A stretch of 64,000 bases of DNA. Origin: Eledone cirrhosa. Its lineage: Eukaryota. The DNA lies in assembly GCA_964016885.1 (NCBI GenBank), contig OZ024742.1, positions 207,824,001-207,888,000 of the forward strand. The letters run 5' to 3'. The translations under genes and the position numbers were made by a program. The notes beneath the pieces were generated by a model, which saw only the letters and a list, made by a program, of their open reading frames with translations, did not search any database and was not told the DNA's origin. Below are positions 53,901 through 64,000 of the stretch, piece after piece (position 1 is the stretch's first letter; each line of letters begins with the position of its first letter).

Positions 53901-54033
53901 TCTTGAATTGTGGATAGCCTATGCTAGACCTTTCTATTTCCCTACAAAATACTATATCTAGATATGATCTGGATGACCCTATGCGATTTGTCCAAGTCCA
54001 CATTGCAACATTCGGGAAATCCAATCGGTACCT
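50909..54033 (-). mobile_element. Young 5'-truncated Tx1/L1-type LINE
   Basis: ORFs 52315-53751 (KSPGLDGLPYELY, FRPITLLN, LDQSKAFDRVDH, SVRQGCPLS, SAYADD) and 51251-52630 (zf-RVT), with one main frameshift. APE C-terminal YTDHKFV near 53880. Confidence 0.93.
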
Positions 54034-54625
54034 GTAAACACCTAGCCCAGACTCACTATAAGGGCTGGAGACATGAAGTGATCCACTGGCACCTATGCAA
54101 AGTAAACAATTTACCACATTCTGAGAAGTGGTATGAGCATAAGCCAGAGGCGGTGATAGAAAACGATCAGGTGAAGGTGCTGTGGGATTTTAGGATACAG
54201 ACGGACAAGAAACTGGAACACAATAGACCTGACCCGGTGGTTTTGGACAAAGAAAAAAGATCGTGCCTGATTGTGGATGTGGCCTGCCCATTCGACACGA
54301 GAGTGCAAGAGAAGGAGAGGGAGAAAATTAACCGATACCAGGACTTAAAGTGGGAGGTAAAAAGGATTTGGAACTGCCATGAAGTCAAAGTGGTCCCGAT
54401 TGTCATAGGCGCACTAGGTACTATCTCAAAAAGTTTCCAGGGATGGTTAAAGAAAATTGGCCCCTCCACGCTTTTTGGAACGCTTCAAAAAGCAAGCTTG
54501 CTGGGAACAGCAAGAAGCCTCCGATACGTCCTGAATATCTGAGGCTGCAGGTAGTGGCTTGATATTCATTTCAACAAACTTTCCAGTTAACTAACATCAA
54601 TGACTGAGACTCAAAGAACGATAAT
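54030..54625 (+). mobile_element. 5'-truncated R4/Dong element (RLE domain and 3' UTR), same subfamily as 6860-10350
   Basis: CKHLAQTHYKGWRH..NRPDPVVLD..LIVDVACPFD..EKINRYQDL..PIVIGALG. Very similar to 9800-10350; ends in (TAA)n. Confidence 0.92.
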
Positions 54626-54644
54626 AATAATAATTATTATTATT

Positions 54645-55375
54645 ATTTCTTTATTAATCACAAGAGTTTACACAACGTAAGACATTAAGGACAATACAGG
54701 ACAATACAAGACGGTACAAATGGGCATTTCTGTATCTTAAAAAAAACAAAAACAGAGGATATAACAAAAAATGAACAATGAAAAAATCCCCCAATAAGGG
54801 GAGACATCCGAGGGTCATCGTGGCGAAAACCATAAAAAAACGGTTACCCTGACCGCTGGGGAAAGGGCCCTCTTCCAGTTTTCCTCCAGGCACACGCTCA
54901 GGGTAGGCCCTGTCACATTGGACATTCTTGCTTCTCTCACCCATCTTTCAACAAACTGGCTGGAAAGCAGCACTTCCCTCTCCATCCTGATTTTCCTTTT
55001 CAGGTGTAACCTGAAAAAGTTAATGAGGGCGTCACCAAAGAGGAAAGAACCCGTCTTCAACCCTTTCAGATGTGTTCACCATACGATCTCTTTTACCATG
55101 GCCATCAGGCAGATAAAAACTGCCTGCTCTTCCCGGCTAAAGGAAGGCGGCGGGGAATCCTCACGATGGACTCAGCTGATAGCTGGATCCGTCCTACACG
55201 CGACAGCAGGTGTTCGACATAAACCCACAAATCAGCAATGCTCGGACACTGGACGAGTACGTGCAGGATGGTTTCGTTGTCCGACGCGCATCTCGGAAAC
55301 TCCCGGCTGACGGTACTTCCATGCTTGTAGTTTATCCTGAACTGGCAAGGCTCCTCGATAGAACTGCCTGGCCAG
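54645..55375 (-). mobile_element. Tx1/L1-type LINE 3' fragment
   Basis: LFGDALINFFRLHLKRKIRMERE; AATAAAGAAA 3' end next to TAA/TTA repeats. Confidence 0.88.
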
Positions 55376-55469
55376 CAATTATTTCAGTCCATTACTGTTA
55401 CTTCATTGGGCTAATTGCTGACCTTGTGAATAATAATAATAATTGTTTCTAATAATAAAAATATTTTAT

Positions 55470-56640
55470 ATGTTGGCCACAAGTGTTTACATATAGGGGA
55501 CAATACATAAAGAGAGGGAATTCATGGAGAAGAGATGCACGTGTCTGATGATGGAGGTGGTCATGGTTCAGTTGCTGGCGTTGCTAATGATGATGCCGCA
55601 GTTGCTGTTGTTCTTTGTTGATATTTTTGTTATGGCTGTTGAGTTTCTGGTGTTGGTAGCAAGGGGAGCGTGGTGTTTCGCCCTCCAATGAGTGTCCAGT
55701 TTTCCTGCAAAGATGACAGTAGTGCCACCTGGAGAGCGAATTAGGTCTGAGATATTTTTCAATCTTCTCTGGTTTGATCTGGAATTGTTTCTCCAGACGT
55801 GTCTCAGATGCGCTCTCCATCTGTGTCTTCTTTACTTCCAGGGGCGTTTCGCTTCACGCTATGACTATGTTCGGATCCATCAGATGTCTGTTTCTGTCGG
55901 GGTCATAGCAATGCGGATATTGAGTGACCTTCTTCCTAAGTGAGAGCGAAACAAAATAAAATGGAAGGGTCAATTTTGCAAGGGTCTCAATATTGAAGGG
56001 CACCGAGATGCTCCCAAAATGCTTTGCCCTTTCCACGTGTTGGATGTCTGTCATCAAGCCTATCAGAGCTGCTCCTACGTGGATGGTGAGGCCAGTTCTG
56101 TCTTTTTGGACCTAATGCTAATACATCTACCGGTGAGTTTTCTCTCTTTTGCTGCTAACACTTCAGACGGAACACTTGTGTTGGTCCAGGTTTTGTAAAC
56201 TTTAAAGAGTTTGTCGGCCTTGGTTAAAGATTCCTCCCTCCTTGTGATGTTCATGTGGAACAATTGCGCAGTGTTTGCAACTGTTGCTCTGAATGTGCAT
56301 ATATTTTGATGATATTATCTTTGTTGTTGCTGTTTTTGTTGTTGCTGTTGTTGTTGTCGTTGTCCTTGTTTGTTGTTGTTGTTGTTGTGGTTGTTGTTGC
56401 TGCTTTTGTTGATGTTGTTGTTATGGTAGTTGTTGCTGTTGTCGTTGCCGTTCAAGTTGGTTTTGTTGTTTTCTTTGTCTTTACAGATGTACTGTTGTTG
56501 TTGTTGTTGTTGTTGTTGATATTGGCGGCGGCGACGGAGACCTAGCTGACTGTAGAAGTGACAGTGACTGAGTTATGATTTGTATTGGTGATGTTAAATT
56601 GAACATTTAGACTCGAAAGCGAGTCCGTCACGTGACAGCT
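55470..56640 (-). mobile_element. Internally deleted Tx1 derivative (ORF1 relic joined to a Tx1-like 3' end)
   Basis: Peptides VERAKHFGSISVPF and YKTWTNTSVPSEVLAAKERKLTGRCISI resemble ORF1 at 49718-50637. TTGGCCACAAG..GGGGACAATAC at 55472-55507 matches Tx1 3' ends. Confidence 0.65.
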
Positions 56641-56864
56641 TGTTCCTTTTTTTTTTTAACACTTGTAGGCGTAAAAATGAAAATCAAAGTTAACTATTTG
56701 GGCTAAATGCCAAAAGATCATGGCGTCGCAATGTATGGTGCCTTGTTAACAGTTGGTTACAAAAAATATTTCAACAAATCACATTTAAATAACTTAAAAC
56801 ATAAAACTTACGGAGTAATGTATACACACGTCTCAGTAGACTCAACAACAAAAATAATTATTAT

Positions 56865-57080
56865 TTCTCCCTTAAGCACAACGCCAGCAATCTGAAGGGG
56901 TGGAAAAAGTCGATTGAATGGACCCCAGTGTATTACTGATGCTTTATTTTATCGGCCCTGTAAGGATGATAGGCAAAGCTAAACCCGGCGCGACTTGAAC
57001 TCGGGAAGTAAAGAGCCGTAACTCTATGCCACGAAGCAGGGTGTACAAAGACCTACAGATGCTGCCAATCCACCGCCTTA
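56865..57080 (-). mobile_element. tRNA-derived SINE
   Basis: SINE consensus on the minus strand. Confidence 0.85.
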
Positions 57081-57744
57081 ATCACAACAACAAAAAAATA
57101 ATAATAAATAAAAAGTACTCAAATTATATTTATTTTTTCGAAAATTAAACAAGAGTGCATTTTCATTAATATTCCATTTCATTACGTAGTCAGAGTATTC
57201 TTCCACTCATGTTTCCTATTTACACCACCACATTTGTAATTTATGATGGGAACGTCGGACCAACATCGTTTGACAATTAACTTTTGTTGTATTAGTAGTA
57301 TGCTGCGTGCGTATGTGTATGCGTGCTTTGGTCAAGGTATAACTATGACTCCGTGCGTATAAAATATAATATGTCTGCTGGGTCAAAAGAAGAAGAAAGG
57401 AAAAGAAAAATAAGGAGGAAAAAGAACAAAGAAAAAATGTAATAGAGAAACGAAAGAAGAGGAAGAGGAGATGAGGGAATGAAAGAATTTAGAATAAGTG
57501 TGGAGAGTGAGAGCTGATGGCTGGCAAAGGCGCACAACAGGAGATAAAGTGTGAATCAATAAAAAGAATCGTCAGCTGAGAAAACTTATAGTGAAATGAT
57601 GCTGTTTATTAAGATGCTATATAAGATGATGATGATAATGGTAATAAATATAGTAATATATAATGTGAGAATATCAATAACTAAATAAATAAAGAAGACT
57701 GTAATTAGTTAAAGAAACATCTAATGAATTGATGACGATGATAA

Positions 57745-57952
57745 TGGTTTCTTATATAGGCACAAGGCCAGCAATTGTGGGGGAGGGGAAAGGCTATGAA
57801 ATCGACCCCAGTGGTACTTTATTTTATCGACCCCGTAAGGATAAAAGGCAAAGTTAACCTCGGCGGGATTTGAACTCAAATCATAAAGGGCCGTAACTCT
57901 ATGCTGCAAAGCATGGCGTCCGACCCTCTACCGATACTGCCAATCCACCGCA
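57745..57952 (-). mobile_element. tRNA-derived SINE (young copy)
   Basis: TTTATCGACCCCGTAAGGATAAAAGGCAAAGTTAACCTCGGCGGGATTTGAACTC...CCGATACTGCCAATCCACCG. Confidence 0.9.
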
Positions 57953-57954
57953 CT

Positions 57955-60900
57955 TTTACAACAAAAACATCAACTGAAAACACGCACACACTCAATACTG
58001 ACGTAAACATACCGCCACAAACGACAACCACGCCAACAACACAACCAGACACTTCACCAACAAAAACAAAAAACACCCACACCACCACAATCACAAACCT
58101 CAACCACAAAAAGAAAACTACAAACAGAAACAGTACACATAAAAAACAAAACACATTACACATACATAAAACAAGAAACAGAGAACTGGTGGAAACTGTC
58201 CGAAAGGACCCCACAATACAAACGGAAGGGAAAACCTTCCTACCAACGACCCACCCCCAAACCTAAAACTTATCAGGGTAACAACCTTACAGTACGAAAC
58301 TTTAAAAGGGAACTTCCCACATAATGTGCCCCCCCCCCTTACCCAAGCCACTTAACCGTGTTCTGCTAAAAGGATTCCCTCCCTCCTCAAACACCCCCAA
58401 TCTGGACATGAAGATCGAACAACCCGAACTCCAGGAAACGAAAAGCCTTTTCTTTCCCTAACTCTTCATCACCAACATGGCGACTATACAAGTTGGATGT
58501 TTGAATGTACGTGTCCTGGGGTTGCCCTGGAAACGGGGCCAGCTTTTAAATGATCTCAGGTTACATTGTATAGATGTGATAGCCATCACTGAGTCCAGGA
58601 TTCACGACAAGCAGCAGCTAACCCCCATGTTCGATGATTTTGAGATCTACACATCTCTCTGTCAGCCAGGAGGTGGAGGGGGAGTTGCTGTTCTGTTTCG
58701 AAAAAAACATGGATCTCAAAGTACAGACGATTCACTTGGACCTGGAGGGCAGCCTGGGGAACCTGGCCGTGAATTGTAGTGAGGGTAGAGCTTTCAGACT
58801 GGTGGCCGTATATGCCCTGACTGGGACATCGTGACCAGAGTTTTTCAAGCGTCGGGAGCCATTCGTGGGAAGGTCTCGCTCCTTAGTTTTAGCGCGGCAC
58901 TGAAATGGCATCTTAGACGCACGTTGGGATAATGTAGGAGCATGTGATAATAGAGATAATCTCATCAGCCAATTCCAACTGGCTGATATATATCGACTAG
59001 ACTTCCCAAGTGCACCACTGTGGACGTAGAGCAACCGGACTGGGTCTTCCAGATCGTATTTAGATAGATTTTTAATTAGACAGAATGATAAGGAAATATT
59101 AAGCTGTCCATAAATGCACATGGTTTCCTATTTAGACCACAAATTAGTCAAAGGCATAGTAAACATTGATAGAATATATAGACAGGGACCCGGATACTGG
59201 AAGCTAAACATGTCACTTCCGACCAGCACCTTAGTTAAGTGCCAGTTGACGGGGGCGATCGTCAACAACAGGTGATGGAGCTCTCTCAAGAGAGCAATTA
59301 GAATAGAATCGATAGCATTTAGCAAGGTAGTAGCTTTAAAGAAAAAAAAATGAAAAGGAACTAGTAGCTAAAGTAGAAGAGGCCCTTAGGAATGGCAGTA
59401 CAGCTGACGTGCTAGCGACGAGAACGGCACCAGACCAGTTCTTCAACGTGAAACACAAGGTTGTATTGTCAGAAGTAAAGCACGTGCTCTAAGAAACGAG
59501 GGAGCCAAAGCTGTTAGCTGGGCCCGAGTTGCAGAGGCGAAAAGTGGCAACACATCCACAATTCGGTATTTGCAAGACAACGATGGACACATTCTACTTG
59601 AATCCAAGCAGATGCGCACGGCCTTCCAGCACCATTTTGCACAACTGCTCGGGTAAAGTGGTACGTCGAGCGAGGTGATGGACTTCAGTTCCTACTACGA
59701 CTCTCGAGCACGGATGAAGAGAGCTGCGAAAGGCCGATCACAGCTGAGTAATAGAAGATGCTCTAGGCCCTGGGGGGGGGGGGATCACCCGGTTTAGATG
59801 GTCTACTCTATGAGAGTTACGTAGGCATGCCAGACTTCTTCTCTGCCGTCCTCGAAGTGGTCTGCTGCAACTGGCAGCAGAACAGGAGGATTCCCAGTTC
59901 TGTACGCAGAGACGTATTAACGCTGATCAGGAAATATGAGAACAAGGAGGATGAGATAAGCAATTTCAGGCTCATATCTCTGCTCAACACAGAGTTAAAG
60001 ATTTTGGCCAAGGGGTTAGCAGCGATGCTGGCGCTTATCGTCGAAAACCTGGTAGGGGAAGCACAAACATATGCAATCCCGACCAGGTCCATACACGACA
60101 ATCTCCACCTCATGCGATACATAATGGAGAGGGTAGGATGAAAACCTGGCTTCGGTGGGGCTCTGATCAATTTAGATAAGCCTAAGGCATTTTATAGGGT
60201 CAACCATCAATACTTGGAAGCGGTTCTCAAGGCGGCCGGCTTCGGTCCCGTCTTCAGAGGCTGGATCGCTTCCATGCACACCAGCATCTGCTCGGCAGTC
60301 AAGGTGAATGGCTACCTATCAGAGCCATTCCAAATTATGCGATTCCCTCTGTCCTCCATTCTGTATGTACTGACTCACGAGCCATTACTGCAGAAGTTGG
60401 AGCTGTTGCAGGTCATCCCGATCGAACCAGGACTGCAGAAAGCAACGTCGGCCTGTGCAGACTACATAACCGTAATGGTGTCGAAAACCTCGAAAATCGG
60501 GGTATCGGCAACCAATTGCAGGGATATGAAACGTTGACAGGAGCAAGACTAAACCCAAAATAGTCTGTCGGTTTGCAACTCGGCACATGGAGAAGCAAAC
60601 CTAAGCCTTCCGACAGTGTCGTTGGATACTGGACGGAAGGACCGGTAAAATTGCTCGGGGTCTTGTTTGGTCTAGACTTCCTCGTGGACAAGAACTGGAA
60701 TGGGTTGAGTGCAAACTCCCCACGAATGGTCGAGTGGAGGTGGCGAATACTTACATAGCGTCCGTCATCTACTACCGCTTGACAGACGTGCCTGTCGTTT
60801 GTGAGACAAGCTCTTCCACAACTCGTCCCTCTAACAGAGCTGCAGTCCTGGGTCAAGCGAAGACCGAAAATGGGTGCCTGGCATCTCGAGTGCCTTCAGG

Positions 60901-61725
60901 CGCTCACAAGCCGCTACCAAGCGGAAACGACAATCTGCGGAGACACCACTTCGACATTCTATAGGGGATTAGTGGAGGATAAGTGTGACGACGTTCTCGA
61001 GGAAACTCTAGGCATCGAGGTGGACGAACTGACCAGTCTGTTCGGGAGGACTTTCCCTCCAGAGCCGATGGGTAACTTCCAGAGGTTTCTGGCCTGGCAG
61101 TGCTACCGAGGAGCTCTACCAGTTTGAGACAAAATCTACAGGCACGGACGCCCTGGCAGAGATCCTGCCAAAAGAACATTTCCAAGATGCGACCAGGACA
61201 TCGAAACCGTTCTGCACGCAATTGTTCAGTGCCCAGGGGTGACCGACCTGTGGAATTATGTCGAACAGCTACTGTCACGTGTGGGACGCATCCAGTTGTC
61301 AGCCGAGTCCATCGTGAGGATCACCCCGCCGCCTTCATTTAAGAATGAAGGAGAAGCGGTTTTCCTCTGTCTGGTGGCTACGGTGAAAGTGGTAATGTGG
61401 TGGACGAGGTTGAAAGGACTGAGGGCAAACACCTTTCTCTCCAGACAACAACTTATCCCATTCTTTAAGTACCACTTCAGAAGGAAAGTGAGAGTGGAGA
61501 GAGGGGTGCTACACCCACTAAATTCGCTGAAAGGTGGGTGAATGTGGCGAAAATGGCCCGAGTGAATGGGCCTTCTCTGTATATAAAACTGTAGGTTGAG
61601 GAAGATAAATAGAGGGAAGACGGGAACACCTACAAAACGTGTTCCTGGTATTGAGGTTTGTTCTATCCACGGGGTGTAAAACAGCCCTGGAATAGCGTTC
61701 CCCCCTACTGGGGATTTCAATTGTT
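57955..61725 (+). mobile_element. Degenerate Tx1/L1-type LINE: end of ORF1 plus complete ORF2 relic (ATG 58477)
   Basis: MATIQVGCLNVR..DVIAITES..GGGGVAVLF (APE), NFRLISLLNTELKILAK, SIHDNL, LAWQCYRGALPV, FFKYHFRRKVRVER; many stops. Confidence 0.9.
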
Positions 61726-61738
61726 ATGTTATTATATA

Positions 61739-62899
61739 CTAGCAGAGGTACCCGGCGTTGCTTGGGTATTAAATAGCAGTTATGTATACCATTTATGTCA
61801 ATACTTCAGTGCTGCTTCGAAAACTATACTTTTACAAAACCATTGGCCTTTTCCAAAAGGGGGTTCCTGCCCCCAGGGGTCCCATACTCAATATGTGCCA
61901 ATTCTGAGAGTTCACATTCATGTGTAGAACAAACGTAGCCCATGTGTCAAGTTTTGTGAAAATCGGTTGCGAACTCCAGAAGTTATGACGTTTTTTGGCA
62001 TTGCACTGCAGTGCTTCAGTCGACTCCAAGGAAGCGGTTGAAGGGGGTTATCTGCCGGGAGGCCCTATAATCAATATCTGGAAAAATGAAAGTGCCCATT
62101 ACCATCCGGAGTACAAAAGAAACCTATGTCTTAAGTTAGGTGAAAATACTGCTGTAGAAATGCATAAGGTTTATACCTGTGTGTGTGTGTGCGTGCGTGC
62201 GTGTGTGTGTGTGTGTGTTTATGTGTGTGTGTGTATTTGTGCCTGCGTATGTATATGTATGTGTATGTTCGTCGGCGCATACGTATGTACTGGCCTAAAT
62301 CTTCAATATTTACTTTTACTATGTTAAGGCAAAGTTAAAATACCTTGGAGGTTAACTTTACCTTTCATCCTTACGAGGTCGATAAAATAAAGTACCAATA
62401 ATGTACTGGGTAATTGCTGGCCTTGTGCCAAAAGTAGAAACAACTATTTTAATAACCTGTCACTTTCGTTTACAATTTTATTTACATCATTCTTAAACTC
62501 CGAGGCTGGAAATCATTCGGTTATTTTAAATAGAATATTAGTCTAACGACTCCATTTACAGCATAATCTTGGTTTTGTCTTTGCATTAAATTGTTCTTCT
62601 CAGTCCAGCGCGCCGTTTTTACGTAACATAAATAGATAAGCAAATGACGCCATAAAAGTGAAATAACTCGTCTCTCATCTCTATTTATACATTTGAACTG
62701 AAAAATCAATACATTACAAATTCGATTTTTGGACTTGGCGTGGGTCGATTTGAACATTTTCTTGACCGATGTCTCCGCCGAATCTTCATCTGTGAGTGTA
62801 GCAATTTCACCGAAATTTGAACGTACGGTTTAGGAGGAGATGTGTGCCGAAGGTTTTAGTAGACAGACAGACAGACAACCTCAGTTTTATATATATAGA
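61739..62899 (-). mobile_element. Non-autonomous Helitron (contains a partial SINE at ~62345-62445)
   Basis: Reverse-complement 5' end TCTATATATATAAAACTGAGGTTGTCTGTCTGTC; 3' end ACCCAAGCAACGCCGGGTACCTCTGCTAG|T. Confidence 0.8.
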
Positions 62900-63336
62900 T
62901 ATAGTTTATTGTTATTTATTAATGTTAAAGTTATATGATTTTTATGTAAAACCCCCGCCGTCACGTCTCGTAATGTCCCATTTTTATGCGCCCCTGTGGA
63001 AAATCAAGAAAGATATCTATCTCATTCTCTCTCTCGCTCTCTCTCTCACTTTTCTCTCTCTCTTCTATTCTCCTTCTCTGTCTCCTTCTCTCTCTAGGTC
63101 TCTCTTTCAATCTACTCTCTCACGACCATTATCTCTTTCTCTCTATCTTTCTCTCTATCTTTCTCTCTATCTTTCTCTCTCTATATCTGTGAAGCTATCC
63201 GGAATAAAACTATATCTTGTGAACACCTGCACCGATTTACACGAAACTTGTTTTATTTCATTTGTATTCCCATTTCAGGGACAGCTTCCTTTCCCATTAT
63301 GCGCCGTGTTGGCAATCACAGAGTTTTAGTAGTATA

Positions 63337-63714
63337 CTAGACCACCCGTGACCCGTTGGGTCACATTCCCATCAAAATATTTTTTTAAAATCATGTTCAC
63401 TTAAAAATAATTTTTGAATAATTAAAATATACACAAAGATGTATATAATGTGAAATGAAACTGGAAGGCCCATATATATATATATCCGGTTGTGTATGTA
63501 TATATATACAAACGTGTACGTGTATAGACATATGTATATGTATGTGTACGTATATATGTGGGTGTCTGTCATCTATATGCACAGGTCATAGACACACACA
63601 TATATATACACACACACATATATAATATATATATATATATACAACACCACCAGCTCTCTCTCTCCCATTCTCCTTCTCTCTATGTCTCTCTTTCAATCTA
63701 CTCTCTCACACCCA

Positions 63715-63767
<53 letters not shown>

Positions 63768-63961
63768 CATGAAGGTACCCAGAACAAACCCCATATTTCG
63801 GGAACCCGTGCTCTGATTTAAGTGAAACTTGTTTTATTACATTTGTATCCTCATTTCAGTGTCAACTTCCTTTCAAAGTATTTTCTCATTATGCTCCCTG
63901 TTGGCTGTATTATATTACAGACAAGTAAGCAATCACAGAGTTTTAGTAGTATATAGATAGA
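63337..63961 (-). mobile_element. Non-autonomous Helitron (a related partial copy lies at ~63200-63335)
   Basis: Reverse-complement 5' end TCTATCTATATACTACTAAAACTCTG; 3' hairpin GTGACCCAACGGGTCAC followed by GGGTGGTCTAG|T. Confidence 0.72.
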
Positions 63962-64000
63962 TTGGTAACTGGTAATGATAGTGCTTATGATGATGATGAT

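Noticed and set aside
53964-54542. 192-aa ORF as a novel fusion gene
   Set aside because: The N-terminal ~22 codons are antisense Tx1 sequence fused by chance in frame to the Dong RLE fragment; no evidence of function.

Overview
This AT-rich, microsatellite-dense animal genomic window is made almost entirely of transposable elements; no host exon or RNA gene could be supported. The SINE and simple-repeat make-up resembles an octopus/cephalopod genome (inference only). It contains: (1) R4/Dong-type RLE retrotransposons (one near-complete, 386-4345); (2) about nine L1/Tx1-type LINE copies, including two near-full-length degenerate ones; (3) two Penelope-like elements, one bracketed by a ~1 kb inverted repeat; (4) an RTE fragment, many copies of one tRNA-derived SINE, three non-autonomous Helitrons, MITEs and a probable solo LTR. 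The main finding is a set of type I hammerhead ribozyme motifs, read by eye, from at least five distinct sequence families. All have palindromic stem III (dimer-type) and sit in non-coding elements embedded in (TA)n tracts. They include a six-copy retrozyme-like array (25020-27435), a two-ribozyme 525-nt monomer (27503-28330) and a head-to-head hammerhead palindrome (42830-43147). Dong and Tx1 elements also share (TAA)n sites in opposite orientations, with one head-to-head chimera, and the Dong 5' UTR has double-pseudoknot potential. All calls are by eye, with no alignment or folding software, so boundaries are approximate.
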